This document shows positions 1 through 9,110 of a stretch of 64,000 nt of DNA, piece after piece. Source of the stretch: an uncultured Dehalococcoidales bacterium (GTDB taxonomy: Bacteria; Chloroflexota; Dehalococcoidia; GIF9; UBA5629); assembly GCA_964437795.1 (NCBI GenBank), contig CAYTIC010000001.1:86864-150863 (forward strand), given 5' to 3'. The notes under the pieces were generated by a model. It ran no database searches and had not been told where the DNA came from. It was given only the letters and a program-made list of their open reading frames with translations. How positions within the stretch are numbered: position 1 is the stretch's first letter; each line of letters begins with the position of its first letter. The position numbers were made by a program, and so were the translations under genes.

Positions 1-318
1 TTCTTGAATATCCCCTTCCAACCCCAGCCAGAAGACACGTGCCCGTTGAGGACCGGGGAAGAAGCCCGTACCCCCGGTAGATAGATGCATGGGGCTGTAT
101 GTTCTTACAACACCGGCGGCAGCTTCTTTGACCGCTTCAAGACGTCCATGATCGACATTGCCTAGAAATTTAAGAGTCAAATGGATGGCGCCGGGATCAA
201 CCCATTTAACGCACCTCAACCGGGCTGCGCCCAACCCGGACTGGTAGTCCTTCAATCTTTCAATCAGTTCAGCGGGCAGCTCTACGGCTATAAACGACCT
301 GACGGGCTCTCCGTTCAT
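1..318 (-). CDS. thpR: RNA 2',3'-cyclic phosphodiesterase (ThpR/LigT, 2'-5' RNA ligase family). Partial: the C-terminus lies beyond the window start.
   Basis: Manual reverse translation from an ATG at 318. The reading frame is open to position 1 and gives MNGEPVRSFIAVELPAELIERLKDYQ...HLTLKFLGNVD. It has the LigT-type HxT motif and the N-terminal FFAIDLP-like motif. It is not in the supplied ORF track because it is truncated by the window edge. Confidence 0.6.
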   Translation of the reverse strand, partial: MNGEPVRSFIAVELPAELIERLKDYQSGLGAARLRCVKWVDPGAIHLTLKFLGNVDHGRLEAVKEAAAGVVRTYSPMHLSTGGTGFFPGPQRARVFWLGLEGDIQE

Positions 319-326
319 TTGTATCT

Positions 327-1175
327 CTATTTATCCTCCAGGTTAAACAGCCGTCCCGCATTACCGCCCAGCATATCATTCACCTCGGCCGGGCCAAGCC
401 CCGACTCCCTGATATGGTTTATCACGCGCTGCTGGCTCAGCAGCGGCCAGTCGCTGCCGAAGAGGATCCTCTCAGTGCCGCCCACAACGGCTATTGACCT
501 GTAAACCTCAGGCCTGTACAGGAAGGGTACGGCCGCGGTGTCATACCAGGTGTTTGAAAGCGCTGCCCTGACCTCGGGCATGAGCCCGTAAAAAGGCAGC
601 CCGCCTCCGAGATGAGCCAGAATGATCTTCAATTTTTTAAAAGCTACAATGAACCTGTAGACGATATCAGGCGTATTGCTGCCCTTTCCCGGATACTCGT
701 GCCCCACGGGTTCGGAGACATGCAGTGACAGCACCATATCCAACTCTGTCAGACGATCCATCAGGGGCCTCATAAGTTTTTCATCGCACAGGTCGAATCC
801 CTGAACATCGGGGCGCAGCTCGCCCACACCCTTCATTCCTCCCCTGCTGCATCGTTCCAACTCTTCAAGAGCCTTCTCACCCTCACAAGGTTGAACGGCA
901 CAGAGACCGATAAGCCTGCCGGGGTACTTACCGAGCGATTCCATTATGTAATCGTTGCTGCGCACACACATATCCTGGCCGGACCAGCCTATGTTCTGAA
1001 CAACCGATATGCCTATACCCTGCTCATCCATGCTGCGGATGAGCTCCCCGGCCGTGCATAACCTGGCCTTTGGATTATCATAGAGAAGGCCGAAACAGCG
1101 GTCGGACGAGCAGTACTGGTCTCGCCCCTCTATTACGGCCGGGCTGAAGATATGCGTGTGAGAATCTAGTATCAC
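327..1175 (-). CDS. amidohydrolase-family metal-dependent hydrolase (TIM barrel, amidohydrolase-2 type)
   Basis: 282 aa. The N-terminal MILDSHTHIF motif (metal-binding HxH) and overall composition are typical of the amidohydrolase_2 family. Confidence 0.65.
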   Translation of the reverse strand: MILDSHTHIFSPAVIEGRDQYCSSDRCFGLLYDNPKARLCTAGELIRSMDEQGIGISVVQNIGWSGQDMCVRSNDYIMESLGKYPGRLIGLCAVQPCEGEKALEELERCSRGGMKGVGELRPDVQGFDLCDEKLMRPLMDRLTELDMVLSLHVSEPVGHEYPGKGSNTPDIVYRFIVAFKKLKIILAHLGGGLPFYGLMPEVRAALSNTWYDTAAVPFLYRPEVYRSIAVVGGTERILFGSDWPLLSQQRVINHIRESGLGPAEVNDMLGGNAGRLFNLEDK

Positions 1176-1355
1176 GTCCAGAATTATAGATTAGCCGGCC
1201 CGTATTAACAATGCGTGGCGCCGGTGGGGCCGGTCAGGTCAACAAAATGGACATGCAAATCTCAGTAGCCTATAATAAATCAATTTCAAGCTGAATAGCC
1301 GGGGCATCACAGATTCCGATATATTACGTGAGTCCCGGGGCGCCTGCCGCTTCCT

Positions 1356-2174
1356 ATGACCGATTATAGTATTGAAGACCTCGAGGCCATTGCCCGCAAA
1401 CTGCGACGGCATGTTATTACCATGATCTCCACGGCAGGCAGCGGTCATCCCGGCGGATCGCTGTCGGCGGCTGACATAGTCACAGCATTGTATTTCCGTG
1501 TTATGCGGCACGATCCCGCCAACCCACACTGGCCCGACCGCGACCGTTTCATCCTCAGCAAAGGCCATGCCGCCCCCGTTCTATATGCCGCGTTAGCGGA
1601 ATGCGGTTACTTTCCGATAGATTGGTTGACTACTCTCAGGAAAACAGGAACCTGCCTGCAGGGGCATACCGACAGCACACTTACGCCGGGAGTCGACATG
1701 TCAGCTGGCTCGCTGGGCCAGGGCCTTTCCGTGGGCATCGGCATGGCGCTGGCAGCCAGGCTGGACAAAAGGGTCTACCGCACCTACGTTTTACTGGGCG
1801 ACGGCGAATGCCAGGAGGGGCAGGTCTGGGAAGCGGCCATGTTCGCCCCCAATTACAAATTGGACAATCTCACTGCCATCGTCGATTACAACGGCCTCCA
1901 GCTTGACGGCTTTACCCGGCAGATTATGGACCTCGAGCCTTTTGTTGAGAAGTGGCGCTCCTTCAAGTGGGAGGTGCTGCAAATCGACGGTCACGATATG
2001 AAGCAGTTGATTGAAGCCCTGCAAAAGGCGGGGCAGGTTAAGGGCAAGCCCGTGGTCATTGTGGCAAAAACCATCAAGGGCAAGGGTGTGTCATTCATGG
2101 AAAACAATGTCGATTATCATGGCAAGGCCCCGAATAAGACTGAGATTGAAACTGCGCTGAGGGAGCTGGCATGA
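1356..2174 (+). CDS. tktA: transketolase, N-terminal (TPP-binding) subunit
   Basis: 272 aa with the SGHPGGSLSAADI and GDGECQEG motifs. Overlaps the next ORF by 4 nt (ATGA), the typical arrangement of a split transketolase. Confidence 0.9.
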   Translation: MTDYSIEDLEAIARKLRRHVITMISTAGSGHPGGSLSAADIVTALYFRVMRHDPANPHWPDRDRFILSKGHAAPVLYAALAECGYFPIDWLTTLRKTGTCLQGHTDSTLTPGVDMSAGSLGQGLSVGIGMALAARLDKRVYRTYVLLGDGECQEGQVWEAAMFAPNYKLDNLTAIVDYNGLQLDGFTRQIMDLEPFVEKWRSFKWEVLQIDGHDMKQLIEALQKAGQVKGKPVVIVAKTIKGKGVSFMENNVDYHGKAPNKTEIETALRELA

Positions 2175-3118
2175 ACGGCTATTCCGAGCTCACAACACGC
2201 GAAGCATTCGGCAAAGCGATAACCGAACTCGGGGGCCAGGACCAGCGCATTGTAGTGCTGGATGCAGACCTGTCGCGCTCTACCATGACAAAATACTTTG
2301 CCCAGGCCTTTCCCGAACGCTTCATCCAGTGTGGCCTGGCGGAACAGAACATGATAAGCATAGCCTCGGGCCTGGCGACCTGCGGAAAAATTCCTTTTGC
2401 CAGCACGTTCGCTGTTTTTGCCTCCAGCAGGTGTTTCGACCAGGTGCGCATGTGCGTGGCTCAGCCGCGGACAAATGTGAAGGTAGTCTCCACACACGGC
2501 GGCATCACGGTGGGTGAGGACGGCTCCTCCCACCAGGCCATAGAGGATATCTCGCTCTACTGTTCACTGCCCAATTTTAATGTCGTGGTCCCTGCTGACT
2601 CCATAGAGACCGTCGAGGCCATCAGGTTGGCAGCGGCCACTGAAGGACCATTCTATGTCAGGCTGGGCCGCTCGAAAACCCCCGTGGTATACACATCCGG
2701 TTGCAGCTTTGTTTTAGGTAAAGCCGATGTTCTTCGCGAGGGAATGGACGCGACCATCATAGCGATCGGCATCATGGTGTACAAGGCCATGGAGGCGGCT
2801 GACACGTTGGAAAAATCGGGTATCAAATGCCGTGTGCTTAACATGTCCAGCATCAAGCCTGTAGACCGCCAGGCTATTGACGACGCAGCCGCCGAGACTG
2901 GAGCGATCGTAACGGCCGAGGAGCATTTGCTGCACGGGGGCCTTGGCAGCATTGTAGCCCAGGTTTTAGCAGCGGGCATTCCGACGCCGCTTGCGTCACT
3001 GGGCATAAAAGATACATACTGTAAGTCGGGCAAGCCCGAGGATCTGCTCGAGGCCAACGGGCTGACGGCAGGAGATATCGTTAACGCCGTTAAAAGCGTA
3101 TTGGCCCGTAAGAGGTAG
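2171..3118 (+). CDS. tktB: transketolase, C-terminal (pyrimidine-binding) subunit
   Basis: 315 aa with transketolase C-terminal motifs (HGGITVGEDGSSHQAIED). Translationally coupled to the preceding ORF. Confidence 0.9.
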   Translation: MNGYSELTTREAFGKAITELGGQDQRIVVLDADLSRSTMTKYFAQAFPERFIQCGLAEQNMISIASGLATCGKIPFASTFAVFASSRCFDQVRMCVAQPRTNVKVVSTHGGITVGEDGSSHQAIEDISLYCSLPNFNVVVPADSIETVEAIRLAAATEGPFYVRLGRSKTPVVYTSGCSFVLGKADVLREGMDATIIAIGIMVYKAMEAADTLEKSGIKCRVLNMSSIKPVDRQAIDDAAAETGAIVTAEEHLLHGGLGSIVAQVLAAGIPTPLASLGIKDTYCKSGKPEDLLEANGLTAGDIVNAVKSVLARKR

Positions 3119-3168
3119 TGGCGATATAATAATCGGACCGGCTGATAGTCGGCACAGCCGTTCAGCCA

Positions 3169-3996
3169 GTGGCAAATAATATGGAAAATGATCTTCGAAC
3201 GGCGTTTTTAAACAAGGAGAGGGCAGAGCTCTTTCTCAGCAACCTGGAGAAGCTGCGCAACGATAAAGCGATAAACGAGCTATCTTACACAGCGCTCAAG
3301 ACCGAGTACTCGGTTAACCTGCAACACGCGCAGATAAAGATCGACCAGGTCAAGCAGGAGTTTAGCAAGAGACTATTATTGCGGTCGCGCCAGCTCGGCG
3401 TATTCAAGCAGGAGATAGCCAATCTTGATGCCCGCTTCAAGGTAGGGCAAATGCCGGCCGATGCCTATTTGAAGCTGATTAAAAATCCGCAGAAGAAGGC
3501 CGGCGATCTGGAGGAACAGATCGCTCACCTTAACTCGTTGATTGATGCCAAGGGTTCCGCCGAGGTATCGGTGCCGGAATCAACGGGCCTGGCATCCCTG
3601 TTATCATCCCGTTTGCGCCGGGGCGGCAGTCAGCCTGATGCCATGCCCGCCCACCTGGCGTGGACACCGCCGTCAGCCCCCGAGCAGCCGGTGGAAGTGC
3701 CTCCGGCGGACGTCCCGGATACCACCAGCATCTCAAGCCTTCACATTTTGCCGGACCGGGCCTATCCGGGCAGTTCCATCGGCATAATTGCCACGGTTAC
3801 CAATTCCGGCCGCGAGAAAGTCCAGCACAGGGCGGAGTTCAAGATCAACGGCAGGATAGAGGCCATTAATGATGTCAGCATCGATCCGGGTAATAGCCAT
3901 GAGGTCACTTTCATGACCGTGGGTGGGATCCCCGGAGATTATGTAATATCAGTCGACAATGCGACGGGCATGCTCAGAATCATGCCCCCGGCTTGA
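3169..3996 (+). CDS. hypothetical protein: N-terminal coiled coil, Pro-rich linker, C-terminal CARDB-like beta domain
   Basis: 275 aa ORF. The architecture was read from the sequence. There is no family-specific motif. Confidence 0.4.
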   Translation: MANNMENDLRTAFLNKERAELFLSNLEKLRNDKAINELSYTALKTEYSVNLQHAQIKIDQVKQEFSKRLLLRSRQLGVFKQEIANLDARFKVGQMPADAYLKLIKNPQKKAGDLEEQIAHLNSLIDAKGSAEVSVPESTGLASLLSSRLRRGGSQPDAMPAHLAWTPPSAPEQPVEVPPADVPDTTSISSLHILPDRAYPGSSIGIIATVTNSGREKVQHRAEFKINGRIEAINDVSIDPGNSHEVTFMTVGGIPGDYVISVDNATGMLRIMPPA

Positions 3997-4012
3997 CCGC
4001 TGCTCACCTGAG

Positions 4013-4744
4013 ATGAAAACACGCATAGTAGCCCTGCTTATTGCCTTCGCCGTGCTCGGCAGCCTGATTGCCGTAGCGCTCTACAGCAACCTGGCCATAT
4101 ATATTTCCATTATAGCCATCGGGCTGGCCCTGGCGCTGCAGAAATACGTGGCCAGCTATTTCGGCTACTTCATCATCGTCTTCTCCAACATGCTGCACGA
4201 AGGGGACCGCATCAGGATCGACAGTTATAAAGGCGACGTCAGGCATATAGGCGTATTCTTCCTGACGCTGGACGAGGTGGGTGAGGACGAGAAATTGGGA
4301 GGGGAACTTACGGGCAAAATACTGAGCATACCCAACCTGATTGTGCTGGACAAGCCGGTGCTCAATTTCTCCAAGAGCTACGAGAAGAAGGGCAGGACAT
4401 TGCAGTGCGACTACATCTTTGATGAGATCAGGATCCCCATATCATCCGACAGCGATATCGCCCGCTCGGCCATCCTGCTGGAGGAGATCATCAACGAGGA
4501 GGACGCCGAGCACCTGGTTCAGTCCAAGGAAGTATTCCGGGAGAATTACCCTGCATTCCTGCATGAGGCTGAGAATAACATGCGGGTACTGATACACGTG
4601 GATGAGCAAAGGATCTGGCTGAAGGGCAAGTTCGTCGTGCCTTACAAGATTAGGAACGAGCTGCGCACCAAAATGTATCTTCTTTTCCTGGAGCGCGCGG
4701 CACAGGAATCCAACATCAAGCTGGCCTCAACTCTACTTTCATAA
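4013..4744 (+). CDS. small-conductance mechanosensitive channel (MscS) family protein
   Basis: The track ORF begins at 3959, but the hydrophobic N-terminus starts at the ATG at 4013 (MKTRIVALLIAF...). The downstream motif GDRIRIDSYKGDVRHIGVFFLTLDEVGEDEKLGGELTGKILSIPN matches the MscS beta-domain signature. Confidence 0.6.
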   Translation: MKTRIVALLIAFAVLGSLIAVALYSNLAIYISIIAIGLALALQKYVASYFGYFIIVFSNMLHEGDRIRIDSYKGDVRHIGVFFLTLDEVGEDEKLGGELTGKILSIPNLIVLDKPVLNFSKSYEKKGRTLQCDYIFDEIRIPISSDSDIARSAILLEEIINEEDAEHLVQSKEVFRENYPAFLHEAENNMRVLIHVDEQRIWLKGKFVVPYKIRNELRTKMYLLFLERAAQESNIKLASTLLS

Positions 4745-4808
4745 AAGGGGGAAAGTGCCGAGGGAGGGACTTGAACCCACACTCCCGTGAGGGAAGCGGA
4801 TTTTAAGT
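4745..4808. repeat. att-type direct repeat: duplicated 3' half of tRNA-Leu(TAA) (partner at 6934..6996)
   Basis: A 63-64 bp stretch is identical, apart from one extra G, between 4745-4808 and 6934-6996. It spans the tRNA from the anticodon loop to the 3' end plus about 10 nt of flank. Confidence 0.75.
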
Positions 4809-5236
4809 AGTTACAGCTAATCTCGTTGTTAACAAGCTTCATCTGTATCTTACTCTTCAATTCTTCAGTAATTTTCCTCTTACCATTACCCAGCATAGTA
4901 ATATAAGCTCTTGAAACTCCAAGTTTTTCCGCTCACGATGCAAAGTTTTTATCTTTCAGCTATGAGCGAGTGCAATTTTGTGCAAAAAGGCTACAAGTGA
5001 GAGTGCTGGGAGTATTCCCCGAACTCTTATTTGAGAGTAAAAAGTTAATTCCAACTATACAGCAGTTGATGGTCAGAGGTTAATGCAGCTTCGGCTTCAA
5101 CGATGGATAATGGAGGACTCTAAGTCAGAGTGCTGCTGTTACTGGGGGTAAGATCACCCTAATCTAAGAATAATAGCTCAACAAAATACACATTAAGAAA
5201 ATGGGATAGAGTCAAATTCTAGGTATCTGGTTGCAG

Positions 5237-6337
5237 CTATTTGCTAATCAGTTTTTTACGAACAAAACTAGTCATGGGCTTTTCCACGACTAAATACGCA
5301 ATATAACCTGCGAATATTGAACATATAACGAGGGCAAGAATCAGCAAGTCAATATGTATAAATCTATCGAGACCTGCAAATTTAAAAATATAAGCAAAAC
5401 CTGGTAATGCAAAAAGCTGAAATAAATATATTGAGTAAGAAGCATCTCCAGCCTGCTCCATAGATCTAACTAGCCAATTATCCGGTAAGCTACGAAACAG
5501 GGAAACGATAGCAGCGAATATTAATGCTAAAGGTATACCCCATAACAATAGCCTTTGTGAGTACAGACCAAATCCGAAACTCAGACTTTCCGGGAAGTAT
5601 ATTATTGTCAACATGAGCACTAATCCACCTACAGAAAGAAGGACATAAGAAACAGATTTTGATAACCAATGGCTCCGGCGGAAAAAATAGCCGATCCATA
5701 TGCCAAAGACAAATTCAAGAAGTATCCAGCTGGTGTTCTGAATCAACAATGGAAAGGTGAAGGAATAGAGGCTTCCAATAACAGAGCTAAGTAGGAAGAA
5801 AATAGTAATACTTATAATTGCGATATGAATTCTGAAAGATAATAGAATGGCAAATATAATATAGAAATACATTTCGTAATTTAAAGTCCAGCCTACGAAT
5901 AATAGAGGCAATTGTCTACCCAGCGGATCAATTGCTGGAATAAAAATGTAAGAACAAATAATCCATTTCCAGTCAAGATATGGAGCATTATTAAATAAAC
6001 TGGGTGCAAACACAAGAATAATTAATGCTAGCGATGTATATACCCAATAAGGTGGGACAATTCTGATCAACCGGTGCTTCATGAATTGCAGGGGTGAACC
6101 AGCTATCTTGAACTTGTCAAAAGAGACCCATACCATAATAAAACCCGATATTATGAAAAATAGGTCAACACCACAAAATCCAAGCTGCCTTAAATGCTGG
6201 AAGGAGAAAATCACGCGGTTCTGATAAATGTCGGAGAATGCTATAGCCGCTCTTTGATCTGCGTGAGCTGCAATTACAGCGGAAGCCGCAAAGAAACGCA
6301 TAATTTGAACTACAGGTAATTTTCTACTTCCAATCAT
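5237..6337 (-). CDS. acyltransferase family 3 (OafA/Oac-like integral membrane O-acyltransferase)
   Basis: 366 aa, multi-TM, with an N-terminal RFFAASAVIAAHAD motif typical of acyltransferase_3. AT-rich codon usage differs from the flanking genes. Confidence 0.75.
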   Translation of the reverse strand: MIGSRKLPVVQIMRFFAASAVIAAHADQRAAIAFSDIYQNRVIFSFQHLRQLGFCGVDLFFIISGFIMVWVSFDKFKIAGSPLQFMKHRLIRIVPPYWVYTSLALIILVFAPSLFNNAPYLDWKWIICSYIFIPAIDPLGRQLPLLFVGWTLNYEMYFYIIFAILLSFRIHIAIISITIFFLLSSVIGSLYSFTFPLLIQNTSWILLEFVFGIWIGYFFRRSHWLSKSVSYVLLSVGGLVLMLTIIYFPESLSFGFGLYSQRLLLWGIPLALIFAAIVSLFRSLPDNWLVRSMEQAGDASYSIYLFQLFALPGFAYIFKFAGLDRFIHIDLLILALVICSIFAGYIAYLVVEKPMTSFVRKKLISK

Positions 6338-6613
6338 TATTGTTCTAATTTACCTTATATTGGAAAGATTAAAGCACATTCCTGAATTTAAAGTCCAGTA
6401 AAAAGCCACAAATCAGATGGTCTATGCTCATATCTGGCTTTGAGAACATTGACTTGAAAAATATTTTCTGCGAGAGCAGATGATACGTTCAATTTCTATA
6501 GTAGAGCAAAGCTGTGTAGAGTACCCCTACTGGATTCTACTCTACTGTAGACGAGTCTAATTGGAAGAGTATAGTTCCGATCTACTCTACTCAATAGAAA
6601 CTCAGGACAGCTA

Positions 6614-6930
6614 TTAAGCAGATATTAACAACAGAGCAGGATTATCATCGATGTAGTCATATCTTACCAGCCAGTTTACAAAAGCTCTGATAGCTCTGTA
6701 GTAGGCGTGCTTCCCACCTAATCCACAGCTACGAATAGATATGAAGTAGTTGATACTTTCCGGAGTGAGAACGCGGTTGTTAACAAAGGGTATCAGGTAG
6801 GTTTTGTAGAAATCAATGGTATTGGGAGACAGACCTTGTCTTCTGGAATCCAGAAACTTTGTTAACAAGTCGAAGCTAAGTTTGTTAACAACTTTGTTAA
6901 CACAGATATGATTTGTAGCTGTAGATTGTA
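6614..6930 (-). pseudogene. tyrosine integrase remnant (N-terminal SAM-like core-binding domain only; no start codon, no catalytic domain)
   Basis: Translation downstream of the tRNA gives ...FLDSRRQGLSPNTIDFYKTYLIPFV...GGKHAYYRAIRAFVNWLVRYDYIDDNPALL, typical of the XerC/D-like integrase N-domain. It stops after about 105 aa with no catalytic R..HxxR..Y region. The M reported in the track lies inside the tRNA. Confidence 0.55.
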
Positions 6931-6943
6931 GAGAAGGGGAAAG

Positions 6944-7026
6944 TGCCGAGGGAGGGACTTGAACCCACACTCCCGTGAGGGAAGCGGATTTTAAGTCCGC
7001 CGCGTCTGCCATTCCGCCACCTCGGC
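6944..7026 (-). tRNA. tRNA-Leu(TAA), class II with long variable arm, CCA not encoded
   Basis: Manual fold: acceptor GCCGAGG/CCTCGGC, anticodon loop cuTAAaa, long variable arm, T-loop GTTCAAGTC. Confidence 0.85.
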
Positions 7027-7033
7027 ATTTTCT

Positions 7034-7109
7034 TGGAGGCGGCGAGCGGAGTCGAACCGCTGTATAGGGGTTTTGCAGACCCCCGCCTTAACCACTTGGC
7101 TACGCCGCC
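7034..7109 (-). tRNA. tRNA-Cys(GCA), CCA encoded
   Basis: Acceptor GGCGGCG/CGCCGCC, anticodon stem GGGGT/ACCCC with loop CTGCAAA, T-loop GTTCGACTC, 3' CCA present. Confidence 0.85.
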
Positions 7110-7123
7110 ACGTAAATAAAAAA

Positions 7124-7198
7124 TGGAGCGGAAGACGGGGCTCGAACCCGCGACATCCTCCTTGGCAAGGAGGCATTCTACCACTGAATTACTTCCGC
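7124..7198 (-). tRNA. tRNA-Gly(GCC), CCA encoded
   Basis: Acceptor GCGGAAG/CTTCCGC, anticodon stem CCTCC/GGAGG with loop TTGCCAA, T-loop GTTCGAGCC. Confidence 0.85.
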
Positions 7199-7226
7199 TC
7201 GCTCAACTATTAGTATATATTCAATT

Positions 7227-7314
7227 TGGTGCCGAGGAGGAGATTTGAACTCCTACGGGCTTACGCCCACCACCCCCTCAAGATGGCGTGTCTACCAGAT
7301 TCCACCACCTCGGC
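7227..7314 (-). tRNA. tRNA-Leu(GAG), class II, CCA encoded
   Basis: Acceptor GCCGAGG/CCTCGGC, anticodon stem CCATC/GGTGG with loop TTGAGGG, long variable arm, 3' ACCA. Confidence 0.8.
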
Positions 7315-7391
7315 TGGCAGGGGTGGCAGGATTCGAACCCACGACACGCGGTTTTGGAGACCGCTGCTCTACCAGGCTGAGCTACACCCCT
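7315..7391 (-). tRNA. tRNA-Trp(CCA), CCA encoded
   Basis: Anticodon stem GCGGT/ACCGC with loop CTCCAAA, T-loop GTTCGAATC, 3' ...GCCA. Confidence 0.8.
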
Positions 7392-7672
7392 AAATTATAC
7401 TAAAAATATAAACTTTTTAAAGTGCAGTAAATCTTACAATAGCAGGTGAATATTGGCAAATGCCCGATGCCCTATCTCTGTAAAATTTTTCATGGCACTA
7501 TTTGAACAGATCAGTCACCTGCACTTTCATATAATTATTTCTCAAACTTCATGTTATATTCATAATTGTTCATTATAATCTCGGCGTTATACATTGGATT
7601 TTACGTATAGCATTTACCTGCGAACAGGATTACGTTATATTCTTCTTCGTTGGGATCATCAGGAGGATCAAA

Positions 7673-8938
7673 TTGAGAAAAACACTTCTATTAAGCCTTG
7701 CTGTAGTCATGTTGTTAGCTGGCGCCTGCACCTCTTCAACTGCACGACCGACACCGGCGGAAACACAGATTCCATCCCAACCCCCGCCGGCCACTGTTCC
7801 AGACCAGACGGTAACTCCCGCTTCCGGACAGGAACGGCTCCCCGAGCCAATAATTACCAATAACTCGGTAGAAATTTGTCTGAACAGCAGATATTCTGAG
7901 CATGGCCTCACCGGCACTGCCAGCGACCGGCAAATGTCTAATATTTTATGGGCCGCGGGTAAGGCACCGGTCACCGGGACATATCGCAATATCTATATAG
8001 CTACACCAAAAGGGGAATACTCATACAACCCCGGCACACACTCGCTGAATCAATATTCCGACCAGAAAGTGACTGACTATAATAATATTTTCACCAGTTT
8101 GAACGACAGGGCTTTTGTGATCAACTGCGATAGTAATCTACCCTTCGATACCGGCGTTGCCTATCAGCTAGCTATTCTGTCGTCTGTGTCATTGGGTAAA
8201 AGCAGCGAACCGGCCGTGGCAAACTGCCCGGTGATGACAAGCCTGCACTTTGGCGTACAGGGGGTGAGGGAGTTGACCCCCGAGCTGGTGGCACATTCCT
8301 CCGTGCCGCAAAGCGATCCCGGATGGCTGCCGGACCCATCAACAAATGGCCTGAATAAACTTGAAGATGTACTGGCTAATTTGAAGTATGTCACCAGGTT
8401 TTCCTCGGAAAACTTAACTCTGCAGCAGACATCTCAACTACTGTGGGCGGGCTACGGCTGCACTCCCCATCTGGCATTTGCAGGTCAGAGAGGTTTAACG
8501 GTACCTTCAGCCTCGGCCAGATATTATCTGACAGGTGAAATCTATCTGGTTAACGAAAAGGGAGTCTACCGCTACCAGAACAGGAATCCTAAAACAGACC
8601 TGACAACCGTAGACCATCGAATCGTGCCCATAAATACCACCGACGTAAGGGAACAACTGCGAGCTGCTGTCAGCAGTCTGCCACAGGCGCCGTGCTACAT
8701 AGTACTCTGCCTCCCCAAAACCGGTTGGCGTATCGCGGCAGAGCAAGAGTTTGCACTCGAAGAGGCGGGGTTTGTTGCCGGTAATGTTCTTCTCCAGGCA
8801 TCCGCTATCGGTTTGGGATGCAACTTCGAGACCACCTTGACCTCTGATGAGCAAACGGGCATTCAGAAATTGACCGGTATACCTTCTTCAGACACGCCAC
8901 AGGTCATCATCAGCATAGGCGGATTAGCCACTAAATAG
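7673..8938 (+). CDS. secreted (lipoprotein-like signal) protein with a C-terminal nitroreductase/SagB-like domain
   Basis: N-terminal MRKTLLLSLAVVMLLAGAC signal/lipobox-like segment. The C-terminal motif GNVLLQASAIGLGCNF resembles the nitroreductase-fold signature. Overall 421 aa. Confidence 0.45.
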   Translation: MRKTLLLSLAVVMLLAGACTSSTARPTPAETQIPSQPPPATVPDQTVTPASGQERLPEPIITNNSVEICLNSRYSEHGLTGTASDRQMSNILWAAGKAPVTGTYRNIYIATPKGEYSYNPGTHSLNQYSDQKVTDYNNIFTSLNDRAFVINCDSNLPFDTGVAYQLAILSSVSLGKSSEPAVANCPVMTSLHFGVQGVRELTPELVAHSSVPQSDPGWLPDPSTNGLNKLEDVLANLKYVTRFSSENLTLQQTSQLLWAGYGCTPHLAFAGQRGLTVPSASARYYLTGEIYLVNEKGVYRYQNRNPKTDLTTVDHRIVPINTTDVREQLRAAVSSLPQAPCYIVLCLPKTGWRIAAEQEFALEEAGFVAGNVLLQASAIGLGCNFETTLTSDEQTGIQKLTGIPSSDTPQVIISIGGLATK

Positions 8939-9025
8939 AACCATCTATGGAATCGTCGTCTCATGCCCCTCTCAACCTCCCGCCGGCTGAACAGATTCCG
9001 GTTTGCCGCAATTATTAAAAATTTG

Positions 9026-9101
9026 TGGTACCCCTGGTGCGAGTCGAACGCACGACACGCGGTTTAGGAAACCGCTGCTCTATCCACTGAGCTACAGGGG
9101 C
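9026..9101 (-). tRNA. tRNA-Arg(CCT), CCA encoded
   Basis: Anticodon stem GCGGT/ACCGC with loop TTCCTAA, T-loop GTTCGACTC, 3' ACCA. Confidence 0.85.
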
Positions 9102-9110
9102 ACGTCTCCG

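Larger units (their letters stand above)
4809..6943. mobile_element. degenerate integrated element (about 2.1 kb genomic islet) at tRNA-Leu(TAA)
   Basis: Bounded by the tRNA 3'-half direct repeats. Markedly AT-rich compared with its surroundings. Contains an integrase N-terminal fragment next to the intact tRNA and an acyltransferase-3 cargo gene. Confidence 0.6.

Noticed and set aside
181-504. 107-aa plus-strand ORF at the window start
   Set aside because: It lies antisense to the partial ThpR gene (1-318) and overlaps the amidohydrolase 3' end. It has no RBS or motif and its composition is typical of a shadow ORF in GC-rich DNA.
6614-7012. 132-aa minus-strand ORF starting with M inside tRNA-Leu(TAA)
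   Set aside because: Its first about 25 residues are a translation of the tRNA gene. Only the part downstream of the tRNA is an integrase fragment, called above as a pseudogene, and it lacks any start codon.
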